NCBI RefSeq assembly: GCF_009914755.1 | Contig: NC_060935.1 | Direction: 5' to 3' (one strand) | DNA from: the human T2T-CHM13v2.0 reference genome, Homo sapiens | DNA: 64,000 nt | Shown here: positions 1 to 16,698 of the stretch, one piece after another | How positions within the stretch are numbered: the first letter of the stretch is position 1 | How the letters are laid out: each line of letters begins with the position of its first letter | Notes under the pieces: model-generated | Told to the model about the DNA's origin: nothing | What the model saw: only the letters and a program-made list of their open reading frames with translations | Databases searched by the model: none | Translations under genes and position numbers: made by a program

Positions 1-429
1 CTCAGACTCTTCTTTCTGGTTGCAATGTTCCATCTCTCAGTTTCAAATTTTACCCATCCTTCCAGAGCCAATTCTAATCCTGAGGTTCTATCTTATCCAG
101 CTCACCTGGCAACAATGACACTTTCCTCTCTATCATTTCCATGTCACTTTATTTCCATCTATCTCACTATCTATATCTATATATGCAATTCATATTTGAT
201 TTGTCTCTACACCCCCTTCTTGAAAAGAGGTCTGGCAGAATCCCTGTACCAAGTACATATTTAATATATTTTTATTGAATAAAAATGGCTTTTAATGAGT
301 CATGTGTAACACTGATGAAGTAACTAAGAGGGGGCATCAAATGTCTACAGAGTTTAAAAAGCGAAACTATTCAGTCAAACGTTTGTTTAGTTAGAAGTTG
401 AATGTGCATTTATCACATGTATTGTTGGA

Positions 430-467
430 GGCCAGTTAGCTCAGTTGGTTAGAGTGTGGTGCTAATA
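430..467 (+). pseudogene. tRNA-Ile(AAT) 5'-half retrocopy (truncated tRNA pseudogene)
   Basis: GGCCAGTTAGCTCAGTTGGTTAGAGTGTGGTGCTAATA matches the first 38 nt of human tRNA-Ile-AAT with 2 differences, both CpG-decay type; anticodon AAT at 464-466; no T-arm/B-box follows. Confidence 0.85.
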
Positions 468-1397
468 CCATGTGTAGCATGTAAGGTTGCAAACTTTGCA
501 AACAAGGAAGCATGAGAAAATCGACACAATTCTTGCAACCACAGTTGGAAATCAAGAGCACAGACGTGTAGCCTAGTACTTCAGTGTTTCCCTACTACTA
601 CCCCTTCCTCCACACACATATTATGACAAAGACATTTACTTCTATTAGTTTTTAAATAAAAATTCTAAAATTAACCTAGCTCTCTCCCTCTGAGTACCTT
701 CAGAAATCTATGGTTTGTGGAAGCCATGACACTATTTTCTTGTGCAAGGTTAGCATAATTCAGAAGGACAAGTACAGTCTCCTCCTTTAGCTCTGAGGCT
801 GAGAGAGGCATGTATGTCTCTGGGTTATGGGACCAACCTCTTTCTCCTGAGTCTACTTAAAAAGAAATATTGAAAGATCTCACTCTATCATTATCTTCCC
901 CTTGAAGCATCAGTACATCTTCCTTCTGACATGAAACTTTATTTTTCTTTGGGCAAATTGAGGGACTCACATCTCTCTTAATTTCAAACCTTTGGGATAA
1001 GATAGCCATGTTGTCCAGAGCTCTGGGTTGGTCAATAATGATCTTGGAGAGTAAGGACTTAGTGTTTTCAAAATTTGGTGTCTGCAGAGGTTCCTTTGCT
1101 GTACATTGAGAAAAAACCCTAATCTATGGTCACAGAATGAACTGCTAACCTTGGCTGGGCATCTTATAAATGTGGGCCTTTGGTCATAAGTGTGCAAAAC
1201 AGGAAAACTATTGATCATGTATCAGTGGCCCCTTTTTTACCTGGAAAGGATGTACAGTGTGTAGAATTTTTAAAATGGGGAAGAATTTCTTCCCCAACTC
1301 CACCACAACCTGTCGTAGGAAATTCTATGCCAAGGTGTTTTCATCTCTCTTTAAGTACAGTAAAATAAAAAAATTTAAAATGAAAATAATGCGAATG

Positions 1398-1856
<459 letters not shown>

Positions 1857-2999
1857 TTAAGGATTCAGTCAGCTGAATCATAGGAGTACATAAAAAAGAA
1901 ATTTTCTCAACAGAGGAAACTTCACTTGATCATGAGAACAGGAAATATGTTAGTCTCAGGTTCAGATTGCACCAAATGGTTTATATTCTCATCGAAACTG
2001 ACTCTGAACCAGCTAGCTTTGCTCTCTCCTGCCTCCAAGTTCTTTTTCTTTGCAGGATTAGGCACATTTGCTTTTCTGATTCTGCAGCTTTTTCTAAACC
2101 AGAGGCAAGAATAATCTCAGTGCCAGATAAAGGAGATATAATTTCAGTGTAATGTCGCTCTGTTCTTTTTTATTTTCCAAGAATGTTATGCACATTGTCA
2201 AATGTGACTGAAATGTGAGGGTTGCTCATATTTTACTGGTGTTTTTCTAGAGATGGAGGCTTGGAGGAAGAAGAGTCTGTAATCCATAGCACCCTGAGAA
2301 AACATCTCTTCTCTTGTCTGTCTTCTCTCTAGCTACACGTGCCTTCAGAGCAGGGAATTTAGTAACTCTCACTACTACATCTCCAACACCTCTCTTATAG
2401 TCTAGAATGACAGTGAATGTCTCTGGAATAAAAAAAAAAACTTTGCAGAATAGGAAGATTAGTTTAGAAACCTGGAGAAGTTTTGCAAGATTAAAAAAAA
2501 AAAAAAAAGACCTCAAGGGGACATGAATGCCATCCATTAGTTTCTTAAGACTACACAATTGGACGTGAAAAAAAGACTTCTCAGTGTTACTATAGACAGC
2601 AGAGAGCAAAGTCCAGAGTCAGAACCCACAAGTTTGTGGAAAAAAATATTTCTCCTCCAAAGGTCTAGTGCTTTTAAAAATTATCTTGAAGACTCGTGTA
2701 GTAGCTACATCTGCTAATGTGAGTTGAGTATTTTCAGAAGATTAAAAGGAAGTTGGCATTAAATTGTGATTACTATCATTCCTTTTCAAGTACACAGGTT
2801 ATGCCATGCATTTTATGACACCGCAGGCTCATTTGCCCTGTGAACCTCTCTCTAACCTCCTCTCCAGTTGAGAATAACTAATTATTCTGCATTAGGAGAG
2901 TACTTTGTACATCTCTTGGCATAGCACTGCCACACTGAAACATATTTTATTTGCACCAGATTGACAGCCTTCATGAAAAAGGAAATAAACAAAAACTAA

Positions 3000-3485
3000 G
3001 GATTGAGTTACTATGTCAGACACAGTACTGGATTTTCTTTAGCATTCTGTACTTTTCTTTATTGTTAGACTAGCTTGAGGACATTGGTATTATTTTCCCC
3101 ATTTTTCAGATTAAAAAAAACAAACTAAAGAGAGATGAACAGAAACTGACCATATGCCACACGTATAGTAAGCGCTATTCCCAAGATTAGAACCCAGATC
3201 TGACTGAGAAGAGATCTCAAGCCCATTTAACTCCACCACACTTAAAGGCAGAGGAGCATAGTAGCATTGGTTCTAGAATCAGATTGCCTGGGTTTGTATC
3301 TCAACTTTGTCTCTCACAGACTACCTAATTTTTATGAATCTCTACTGTGGTTAAATGTACTATAAATGAAAAAAGTAATAAGTACACAACACATAGGATT
3401 GTTGTGAGGATTAAGTAAAGCAATACTTATTAATCATTTAGAAGGGTTCCTGAGACATGGTAAGTGTTGAGTAAAGGTTAACTAT
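3000..3485. mobile_element. MIR/L2 fragments
   Basis: MIR core-like motifs (cccatttttcagat...aaactaaag; ggattgttgtgaggattaagt...); boundaries approximate. Confidence 0.55.
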
Positions 3486-3874
3486 TTTTGAGAACAGATA
3501 ATAGATCATTTTCTTTTGTATCGATAGAACTTAGCATGGTCCATAATTCGATGTTAGGCAGTTAGTAAAGCTTGAAATAATGATTGCGGATTTTAACTAT
3601 ATGTTGATGAAGAGGCAGAATTAAGAAAACTTACTAGAGTTTTCTGGAAAATATTTCATAGTTCATACAATTCAGGAAATGTAGTGTGGGGTACCCTTAT
3701 TACTCGTGGATACTCCCACAGTCCTTTTTCACCTGTATTTTTTCAAAGCGCAAGCTTTTGAATGTCAGTTAATAAATGTGGAAATGATAATGAAATTAGA
3801 AAAATGTGTGACCTTAATCACAATGATTTTCAGGCAAGAATTACCAACTGATGCTAAAATTGGTAGATGAGGAT

Positions 3875-5830
<1,956 letters not shown>

Positions 5831-5919
5831 ACAAAAATGCATGGTAATTTTACATACTAGCAAGGATAATTTAGAAATTATTATTATTTTCCTTTTGTTA
5901 TGGGAGATGAGATGCTATT

Positions 5920-7330
5920 TCTTTGAAGGCCCCTTCTCTTCTTTAGCTCTTGATTCCACTCTTTTATATTTTCACGAATCCTCTAATCTTCGTGTGTTTC
6001 TGTCTCTCTCATCAGCTATTTTACTCTTTATTAAATTATTTGCTTTATCATTTAGACTCTCTAGTAGTTATATAAAAAGAAGCACAAATAAACCTCTTTG
6101 ACTCCCTGTCTCTGCGCCACCTGCCACCCACCTCACTCCCTCCTCAACATACACCTACCCTGGTCTTTGTTCCCATTACTACCCTCAATCAGCTCTAGTC
6201 AAGAGAACAAGTATAGTGGTTACTTCTCTACCATTGACTTAGCCTATTAAGAACTCTTGACCAGCAGTCACTCCTGCTTTCTTGAAACATTTATTTATTC
6301 TGCCTTCCTTAACACCGCACATTTCTTTTTCTGCCTCACTGAGACCTCATTCTGTCTCCTTTTCTGGCTTAAATTATCGTATTCAACGTCTAACTGTTGA
6401 TGTACTTTAGGGTTGAGTCTCAGATTCTTTCTGTTGCCTTCTTACATTTTTTCCTATAGAAAAGATCCTCCAGTAATAGGGTTTTAAGTACTACTTGTAT
6501 GCTGATGTCTTCCAAATTTCCATCTGGACATCTTTTGTGAGCTCCAGCCTTGCATACACAACTAAATTCATGACATTTTCACTTTGAATATCAATAGGCA
6601 TTTCAAATTTATCATTTCCAAAAAAGAACTGTTAACTCTCATCCACCTTCAGCAAATCTATTTCTCCCATAAACTCCCTCATCTCAGTAGAAGATACCAT
6701 TATCTGCTCAGTTGCTCAAGCCAAAAACTTAGGAGTTGTTTTTGATTGCTTTCTTCTGCTCACTTCCCATGCCCAATGCAGCAGCAAGTGACATCATTTG
6801 TACCTCTCAAGTATATTCTGAATCTTTCCTTTTGCAGCATGTCTATGTGCATCCAAGCCATTTGGATTATCATATTAGCATCCTAACTGGTCTTTGTGCT
6901 TCAACTCCTGCTTTTCTAAACTCCATCCTCACAGAGCAGCCAATGTACTTTTAAATATATATATATGTGTGTGTGTGTTATATATATGTGTGCGTGTATA
7001 GGTATATATGTATTATATATATGTGTGTGTGTATATGTATATATATACACATATAATACACATACACATATATATATACACATACATATATTTTACATAT
7101 ATATATATTTCCTACCGTGGTCTATATGGCTTCTGACCACCTCTCTGATCATAACTTCTTTCACTTTTCCTCTTACTCACTGTTTTTCAACAACACTGTG
7201 TTTTTTTCTTGAACAGAAAGAGAACTTGCTCCTGCTAGTTCCTTTTCATTCATATGGAAGCCTAAGCATTTTATCCCCAGGAGGGCTTCCCTGACTATTG
7301 TAGTTAGCATCCTACTGCTTCATTAATACA
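5920..7330 (+). mobile_element. L2 3' region, split by a microsatellite
   Basis: L2 motifs (tatgctgatgtcttccaaattt, ttgctcaagccaaaaacttaggagt, acagagcagccaatg); boundaries approximate. Confidence 0.7.
6955..7108. repeat. Compound (TA)n/(TG)n/(CA)n microsatellite
   Basis: Directly visible. Confidence 0.9.
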
Positions 7331-9142
7331 GTTCTAGCTATTCTCCATATTCTTATGAGGAGGTGAGTAGAGACAGCAAGATGGGCATGGGAAAAAAGCT
7401 AACAAAATATTGTCTCAGATTGAGACTAGCTTCATTCTAATTTCACAGAATCTCTGGAGAAAAGTCTGCTACAGTGTAAATATCCCCTTGGAGTAAGGCA
7501 GTGGCCTTTGGTACTCCTCCATCAGTCATTTTTTTTTTGGGTTTTTTTTTTTTTTTGCCAAGGTCCAAGGGATGGACAGTGAGGTTAGCTGACCTCCTGA
7601 GCAACGAGGCTGCCATTGACCAAGGACAGTTCTTTACAGAAGGGAGAAACTGTGGGTGGTAGACAACACTGCTACTTCCAGCAACTGGAGGGGTCAGGGC
7701 AGTGGGTAGCAAAGAGAATATTGGCAGGACATCAACAGCCTCTGTTATACAATGTTCATCTTTGGGGTTGGTTCAGCTTTTTAAATATGTAGGTTTGTGT
7801 CTTTTGCCACATTTGGGACATTTTTAGCCATTATTTCTTTGAGTATTTTTTAGCCTATCTTTTTTTAACTTTTTTATTGTGGCCAACTTAGTCTAATATA
7901 GCTACCATTTTTTCCCCTCTTCTTTTGAACTGAATTAAATTTTAGGTGGAAAGATGGGTATAGGATTTGAATAACATAGTTTCAAAAATTCTTTTTAATT
8001 CTAAAATTTTATAATTTTGTAATTGTAACAATATCATCTAAGTTTATTCATGGTAATTAATCATAATACTGACACAGATTTTATTTCACTTTTCTAAGCA
8101 TTTGATTTACATTATGATACATAGTCAAGTAGTGAGACTTGATTATGCTTTTCAGAATTCATTAGATCTGTAGAAATTATATCCAGGTCTGCAATCACAC
8201 TGACCCACCCTCAATCATCTTGTTTACATTCTATTCTACCCTAGTCAACTCTAGCTGTAATAAGCCTACTGGAACTTTAACATCGCATCTTCTGCGATTG
8301 CTTTCCTTACCATTGTAGGCTAAAATTACTCCTCTCTTTACTCTAGAAAATGATAGTACTTAGCACATTACACAATGATGTCATTAATTTTGTATAGCTA
8401 AGGATGATCTCAGTGCCCAAGATTTTCTAGTAGTTAAATATTTTCTCATCTCAAACACATTCAGAGTTCCTTCTGACTTTTACAAGTCTTACCCCCATTA
8501 AACTCATTTAAATCTACAAAAAAACTGGAAAATAAAGACAAAATCTATTTATCTTCTCATTATTTTCCCTTTCATTTCTGTCAGCTCTGGAAATAAACTG
8601 GTTTTGCCTTTACATCTAATTTTTTTAATTTTATGCAGGCTGAAAAGGAATTTATTTGTTCAAGCAAATAATGTCATCAACTTATAATGAAAGAATGTAT
8701 ACTGTTTTCAACTGGCTGGAGATTGATATTCCTATTTAGAAAAACACTTACTATAGCATGACAATAAGATGTATGGAAAATAAAAGTCTAAATAAATTGC
8801 TTGGAACAAATAGACTTGGAACAAAAGCAAAGGTTGTTGGCTCAGATTGCTGGGCAATACATGAGACCAATGTTTCACAAACTCTGTGTTTCTCCAGCTG
8901 TTAATAGATTTCCCCTGAAATGAACAGTTAATTTCCTGGTCAAATACATTGGAGGAAATGCTGTATAGTGTGATTTAAAAGATAAATTAACCATTTAAAA
9001 ATGTTCAGAAGTCCTACTGAAAAGAAATCCATTATTCTTAAACACTTATGCAAACATCTCTCAGTTCACTAATAATTTCAGATCAGCCAGGAAACTTTTG
9101 ACTTGGACTATTATACAGTTATTCCCAAGTATATGTTCTCTT

Positions 9143-9640
9143 GTATTAGTTGATTCTGTCAGTCAGTGTTTGGTTGCAGAGTACTGACTCTACTGTAGAT
9201 AATTCTAGGAGAAATAAATTATAAATGTGTGCTAAATGGCTAACAGAATTTGGGGAATAAATGAAATAACAGACTTTTAGGCAGAACTTCCAAAAATCAC
9301 TTGGAAAACCACATAACAGAACTGTGTCTCTAAGGGTTTTTCTCTTTCCATCATAATCAGGAATCTGATTATTGAATTGAGAAGCTGCTGCTACAGAAAG
9401 TTCCATACCCTCTCTGTTTTGTTGTGACCCACACCAGCAAAATAGAGGTCTCACACCTGGCCTTTCTATGTACTTAAAACAATTTAAATTCAGATTTCAC
9501 TCTTGTGCATCTGATTGGTGAAACATAAACATATCCAGAATCTCAGCTTCAAGGGAATCTGGATAATGTGATTTTCAGCTTTCCAGCCTCTGCTTCACAG
9601 TATCCTATACACCATAATCGTTTTGTCCCAACATATACTG
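9143..9640 (-). mobile_element. Old MaLR LTR (MLT1J/K/L-like)
   Basis: tgtattagtt...gtttggttgcaga start and ...ttcagctttccagcctct end resemble MLT1 termini. Confidence 0.5.
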
Positions 9641-9702
9641 TATTGCAAGATGCTAAGGTTTCTGATGATGCAATGGGATGAAATAATAATTCTAAAAATT
9701 CT

Positions 9703-10024
9703 GGCCAGGAATGATGGCTCACGCCTGTAATCCCAGTACTTTGAGAGGCCAAGGCAGATGGATCACTTGAGCTGAGGAGTTCAAGACCAGCCTGAGCAAA
9801 AGGTGAAACCCCGTCTAAAAAAATACAGAAAAGAATAGCTGAGTGTAGTAGCATCCATCTGTAGTCCCAGCTACTGGAGGGCTGAGGCGATAGGATGGCC
9901 TGATCCTGGGAGATTGAGACTGAAGTGAGCTGTGATCACACCACTGCATTGTAGCCTGTCCAGCCTTGGTGACAGAGCAAGACCCTTTCTCAAAAAAAAA
10001 AAAAAAAAAAAAAAAGGAAAAAAA
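9703..10024 (+). mobile_element. AluJ
   Basis: Dimeric Alu with J-type diagnostics (gtgagctgtgatcacacc, gcaagaccct). Confidence 0.92.
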
Positions 10025-10834
10025 TCTAAATAAAGCTAGTTTCATAAAGTTTCATGAAGCCAGAGATTTATTATATGAGCCTAATTTAATGTTTGTAATA
10101 AAATGGGTACTCAAAAAACAGTGTCATTTAATGAATAAATGCATGAGATTATAGGATCACCCTGCCAACCCTGTTGTTTTCCTGAAGATGAAACAGAACT
10201 CTAAAGAGGTGAAATGACCTGCTTACATTCTCCACAGTGGAATCCATCCAAGGTCTGTTATCTTAAGTGTGTTCTCATTTTATTGTTCCATATTCTCATA
10301 TTGTAATACAGTGTTTTGCCTTTTAAAAAAGATTACAAGGTGAAAGCAATGCGTAATTGTGTAATCGAAAGGAATAAAATTAAATAGAATTAACATACTA
10401 ACGAGCAGTTAAAATATGCAGAATGCTATGCTAAGTATTGTAGGAAACATAAATACAATATAAATTCTTATCCTTCTAAATCATCAACAACATTAAATTC
10501 TAATAATGGACTTTCTTTCTCTATACTACCATACAGAATGTTAGAGCAACACTACACATGTAATTCCTGTAGCCAATTTTATTTACATGCTCCTAAACTT
10601 GAAGCCCACTGCTTTATGCTTCTGTTAAATAGCTTTCTTTATTATTTTAATGTTTAAAAATCTTTTGCTAATTTTACATTTACTAGTATTTTCTTCCTTA
10701 ACATTATTCTCTGTAGTTATTGGCAAATGACATAAGGAAGGTTCTTACATTCATCTATATTTAGCCTTATGTAACATGGAGAGATTTTCTGTAAATTGTA
10801 ATTCCATCTGTTTAAGAAGATTTCTGTTAATACC

Positions 10835-11030
10835 TGTATTAGTCTCCCATAATAAAATATCATAGATGGGTGGTTTAAACAACAAAAATTTATTTCTTAC
10901 AGTTCTGTAGGGTGGGAAGTCCAAGATTAAGGTGCTGGCAAGGTAGGTTTCATTCTGTGGCCTCTTCTTTTGGCTTGTAGGTGATGACCATCTGGCTGTG
11001 TGCCCTCATGACTTCTTTGTGTGCATAGAG
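10835..11030 (-). mobile_element. MLT1A/B LTR fragment
   Basis: tgtattagtc...aacaacaaaaatttatttcttacagttctg...gtccaagattaaggtg. Confidence 0.75.
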
Positions 11031-11309
11031 GAAACTAGATAACATTCGTAGGACTAAACAGTACCTGTGTTGCTATTGCTTCACAGTAGCAATAAGGTTT
11101 ATAGTATGTATCTTTATCATGATTAATCTTTAAATGTTGTTTTTGTACTTCACATATAATGAAAGAAATTTACAGCAGAATATTTTCATATAGTTTCTCT
11201 AATACTTTGTGGTACTGTTATAAATGTTTATTATAATCTTCAGAACAGCTGCTAAGAAACTTAAAGTTATAGCTAATGAACTAATAATGGAGATAATATG
11301 AATATCATA

Positions 11310-13410
11310 CTACCTTATATGTAGAAAATCATAAAGACCACCAAAAACTGTTAAAGCCGATAAATGAATTCAGTAAAGTTGCAGAATACAGAATTAACCT
11401 AAAAAACTCAGTAACATTTTTAGGCAGTAACAATGAACTATCCACAAAGAAAATTAGGAAAACTATCTCATTTATGATAGCATCAAAAAGACTAAAACAA
11501 TTAGGAATAAACTTAACCAAGGAAGTGAAAGACTTACACACAGAAAACAACAAAGTATTAATGAAAGAGATTAAAGGCACAAACAAATGGGAACATATCC
11601 CATGTTTATGGATTGGAAGACTTAATATTGTTAAAATGCCCATTCTACCCAAAGCAATCTGTAGATTTCATGCTATTGCCATCAAAATCCCAATGGCATT
11701 TGTTAGAGAAATAGAGAAAACAATTTTAAAATTCATATGGAACCACAAAAGACCCAGAATAGCCAAAGCACCCTGGAGTAGAAAGAATAAAGCTAGAGTT
11801 ATCATACTTCCTGATTTCAAAATATATTACACAACTACAGTAATTAAAACTCTATGGTACTGACATACAGACAGTTATATAAGACCAATTGAACAGAATA
11901 TAGAGCCAAGAATTAAACCGACACGTATGTGGTTAACAGATATTTGAAAGAGTACCAATAATACACAATGGAGAAAAAATAGTCTTCTTAACAAATTGTG
12001 TTGGGAAAACTGGGTGTCAACAAGCAAAATAATGAAATAGGCTTTCTATCTTACACTGTACACAGAAATAAACTAAAAATGGAGTAAAGACTTAAATGTA
12101 AGATCTGAAACTGTGTAACTCCTGAAAGAAAACACAGGGAGAAATCTCCATGACATTGGTCCTGACAATGATTCCTGGCTATGACACCAAAAGCACAAGA
12201 AATAAAAGCAAAAATAGACAAGTGAGACTATATGAAACAAAAGGTTGTCTGCACAAGAAAGGAAACAATCAACAGAGTAAAGAGGTGACCTACAGAATGA
12301 GAGAAAATATTTGCAAGCCATGTATAAGGAGTTAGTATATAAAATATACAAGGAACTACTATAACTCAATAGCAAAAAAGTATGACTTAATTAAAATATG
12401 GTCAAAAACCTGAATAGATACTTTTTCTGATAGAGGCATACAAATAAAAGGTCAGCAGTTATCTGAATAGATGCTCAGCATCACTGACAACCAAGGAAAT
12501 ACAAATCAAACTGAAGTGAGATATCACCTCATACCACCAAACAAACAAAAGTTGAATTTTGGTGAGAAGGTATAATACTTGGAACCTTTTTACACTGTTG
12601 GTGAGAAAGTAAAATAATGCAGCTGCTATGGGACACAGTAGGGAGGTTCTTCAAAAAATTGAAAATAAAACTATCACATAATTTAGCAATCCTACTTCTG
12701 GGAATATACTCTAAAGAATTGAAATAAGGATCTCTAAGGGATATTTGTACTCCTGTATTTATTACATCACTCACATGGCTAAATTATGGAAGCAACTGAA
12801 ACACCTATTGAAAGATGAATGGATAGAAAACAATTGTGATTTTTTTTGCATACAGTAGAATATTATTAAGCCTTAAAAAAAAGGAAATTCTGCCATTTGC
12901 CACAACATGGATGACCTTGAAGGACATTATGCTAAGTGAAATAAGCTAGTCACAGAAAGATAAATACTACATGATTTCACTTATATGAGGTATCTAAAAT
13001 AGTCAAACTCAAAAACAGGTAGTAGAATAGTGGTTACCAAGGAGCAGGGGGACAGGGAGTTGTGGACTTGTTGTTCAATTGATATAAGGCTTTTGTTATG
13101 CAAGATGAATTAGTTCTAGAGATCTGCACTATAGAATAATAGTTATAGTTAACAATACTATATTATGCACTGAAAAATTGTTGAGGGCAAATTTTATGTT
13201 AAGTGTTTTTATCACAAAAAGGAAACCCACAACCAAACAATAAAACAATGGGACATAGGAAACTTTTGGAAATGGTGGATATGTGCATTACATTGATTGT
13301 GATGATGGTTTCATGAGCATATGCTATGTCAAAACTCATAAACTGTATACATTAAATATATACATTTTATTGTATATCAGTTATACCTCAATAATGCTAT
13401 CTAAAATAAA
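11310..13410 (+). mobile_element. L1MA9/L1MB-type LINE, 3' ORF2 plus 3'UTR
   Basis: ORF 11474-11863 encodes ORF2-like [12 protein letters not shown]...[14 protein letters not shown]; 3'UTR ends ttatacctcaataa. Confidence 0.9.
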
Positions 13411-14410
13411 CTAACAAAAGAAGAACAAATTAAACCCAAAGTAAGAAATGGAAACAAATAATAAAGACAAGAAAATAAATGAATAAAATTAAATTGGAAA
13501 ACCAATAGAAAAAACTAGTGAAACCAACAACTGCTTCTTGTCAAAATTCAATACATTTGGTAAATCTCTAACAGCAGGAGTTAGCACATTTTACTAATAT
13601 CAGAAATGAAAGGACAGGAGGAAGCATAAATATATATTGTTCTAAATTTAACAGAATATAAGAAAATATTTTGAACAGCTTTATGTCAAAAACTTCACCA
13701 CATAGATTAAGTGAACAAATTCTTTAAAAGAACGAAGTAACAAATTTCACCAGGAATAAATAAATAACCCATATATCCTTGTATCTACTTTACTTAGTTT
13801 ATTTTTATCTTAAAGGTGTGTTGAATTTTGTCAATTGTTATTTCTGCATTTAATGAAATAATCTTATGGCTTTTCTTATTCAGTCCAGTAATAGTATAGA
13901 AATTTACTGGTTGATTGATTTCAAATAGTAAACAAAACTTGAATTTTTTTTTTTTTTCTTTTTTGAGTTGGAGTCTCACTCTGTCATTCTGGCTTGAGTG
14001 CAGTATTGCCATCTGGGCTCACTGCAACCTCTGCTTCCTGGTTCTCCTGCCTTAGCCTCCTGAGTAGCTGGGATTACAGGGATGCACCACCATGCCTGGC
14101 TAATTTTTGTATTTTTAGTAGAGATAGGGTTTCACCATGTTGGCCAGGCTGATCTCCAACTCGTGACCTCAGGTGATCCACTGGCCTCAGCCTCCCAAAG
14201 TGCTGGGATTACAGGTGTGAGCCACTACGCCAGGCCCCAAACCTTGAATTCTATAGTAATCCCTTATTTGTTCATGATATATTTTCCTTTCTTAAAATAC
14301 ATTTCTGATTTGACTTGCTCATTTTTTTAAATTATTAATATTAATCTTTTTTTAAGAGTATCTTGTTTTGCTGCTAGAACAATGCTGGCCTCAAAAAATA
14401 AATGAGATGT
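13411..14410. mobile_element. Old L1M ORF2 fragments: plus 13411-13790, minus 13790-14410
   Basis: Plus part resembles ORF2 upstream of RT; minus part translates to RT-like HKIISLNAEITIDKIQHTF. Confidence 0.65.
13946..14236 (-). mobile_element. AluS with small internal deletion
   Basis: Reverse Alu; TSD-like aaaacttgaatt / aaaccttgaatt. Confidence 0.93.
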
Positions 14411-16307
14411 GTTATCTGATATACTAATTTCAGAGTTTCAGGATAAATATGAAGAAAAACTCTAGCTCTTCACGGTCAAATGATTAAGAAAACAAAGGTA
14501 AAGGGAAAATCTTGAAGTCAATCAAAGAGAAAAGAAACAATTTCTACCAGGAAGCAGATATGAAATAGCAGACTTGGCTTCTGAAACGAGGCCAGACAGA
14601 AGACAATAAAGTTGCTTATTTGACATATGGAAAGCAAACACAGAAACAGCAACTCACCACCTACAATGATGCCCTGTGAAAACATCTTGCAAATAAGAAA
14701 GCAATGTGCTTCTCAGACGACAAAAACTGAGATAAATTATTGCCAGCCAATTTGCATGAAAAGAGATGTTACAGCAAGATCTGGCAAACTGAGCATGATA
14801 TCAGATGAACTTCTGAAGGAAAACACACAGACACACTCATGTACATGCATAGACACACTCATGCACATGCATAGACACACAAAGGCATTTGGACACAGTA
14901 ATAATGTGGGTAAATATAACAGACTTTAGTTTTTTATATGTCTTTAAAATATAATTGCCTTTAAAATATAATTTACAATGTGGGTGTATAGAACAGATTT
15001 AATATTTGTAAATATCTTTAATATATAATTGAAATCTCTTTAAAATAAATTTGTCCTGCTGCTTAGGTTTCTCTGAAGCTTCAGGAACTCTGGTTTATTA
15101 TCTTTCATTATATTTGAAAAAGTCTTGGCCTTTATCTCTTCAAATATTTCTTCTGCTTCATTCTTTCTTCTCCTCCTGAGATTCCAAGTATGTGTATATT
15201 AAATGATTTTGTCTGGTTTCGCAACTCTTCCATGCTTCTGTTTGCCTTTTAGCTCTTTTTTTCCTCTTTGTGTTTTAATTATCTTCAAGTTATTGCTGCT
15301 TTCCATTTCTCTGACTATTCTGCTGAAAAGCCTGTTGAAGTAATTCTTCATTTCTGATATTGTGTTTTTATTTTCAGCATTTCCATTTGATTCTTTTTAA
15401 ACTTTCCTCCTTCCTTCTGAATATCTCCCATCTTTTCATGCATGGATTCACCTTTTCCACTACCCGATTCCTTCAGCGTATTAGTCATTGTTATTTTAAG
15501 CTCCCTGTCTGACTGTCAACCTCTGAGGTGTCTCCATGTCTGCTTCTCTTCATTTCTTTTCTTTCTTGAGCATATGTCCTTTTACTTGCTTTATGTGTTC
15601 CATAATGTTTAGATAAATGTCAGACATTGTTAGTAAAAGGAAGAAATTGAAACTAGATGAATAAAACTGAGACGAGGTGACTAAAATTTATGCCTGGAAG
15701 TTTTCAGTTTTTTCTTCTATCAGGCAATTTGAAGGGAAGGGTTGAGTAAATCTAGTCTGTTGCTGAGCTGGTTTTGGGCTTTTCGGTTGCTAGGTTCCTT
15801 CTGTGTACCACAGACTTCAAATTCCTTTAGTGCAAACCACCACTATCTTGTGCTTAATGCATGGCCCAGAGTGCTAGAGGCTTTCTCCTAGAATTCCTGT
15901 TCCACCGTTGGCTTTCTGTAGGCCTGCACTCCTAAACCACATTGGTGGTTTCTCTCTGTGCCCTTGCCCTTCCCTTAGTGATAGGCTGGTGATGTTTGTT
16001 ACTGAGAGTAAGGCGGGAGCAGAATTTTCTTGGCTCTCCTGCTGCAGCCTCAAACTTACATAGTCCCTGTCCTAGTCCCTGTCCACAGAAGCCTCAGCAT
16101 TCCTTTCTATTCCCAAGTGGCAGCCAATCCCCACCTTATACTCATGCAGGGCCTAGAGTACAAAATGGGCTTCTCCAAGTGCTCCTCCTCCACCCACACA
16201 CCTAGCCAGGCGCAGCATCCCATGTCACTAATGCAGCTCTTTCAGGTCTCTGTCCCCGTCCCCACCTTTCTCATGAACACGTGATGGATGCACATGGAAA
16301 ACAACTA

Positions 16308-16630
<323 letters not shown>

Positions 16631-16646
16631 AAAACAAACTAGTGAG

Positions 16647-16698
16647 GGCTACTCTGGGCACACTGCCTGTGGGGTATCCCTGCTCTGCAAGGGGCAGT
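16647..16698 (+). mobile_element. Short retroposed fragment resembling an ERV1-class LTR segment
   Basis: ggctactctgggcacactgcctgtggggtatccctgctctgcaaggggcagt with A-rich end, flanked by TSD copies; family assignment from memory of the cactgcctatggggtagccctgct motif. Confidence 0.55.
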
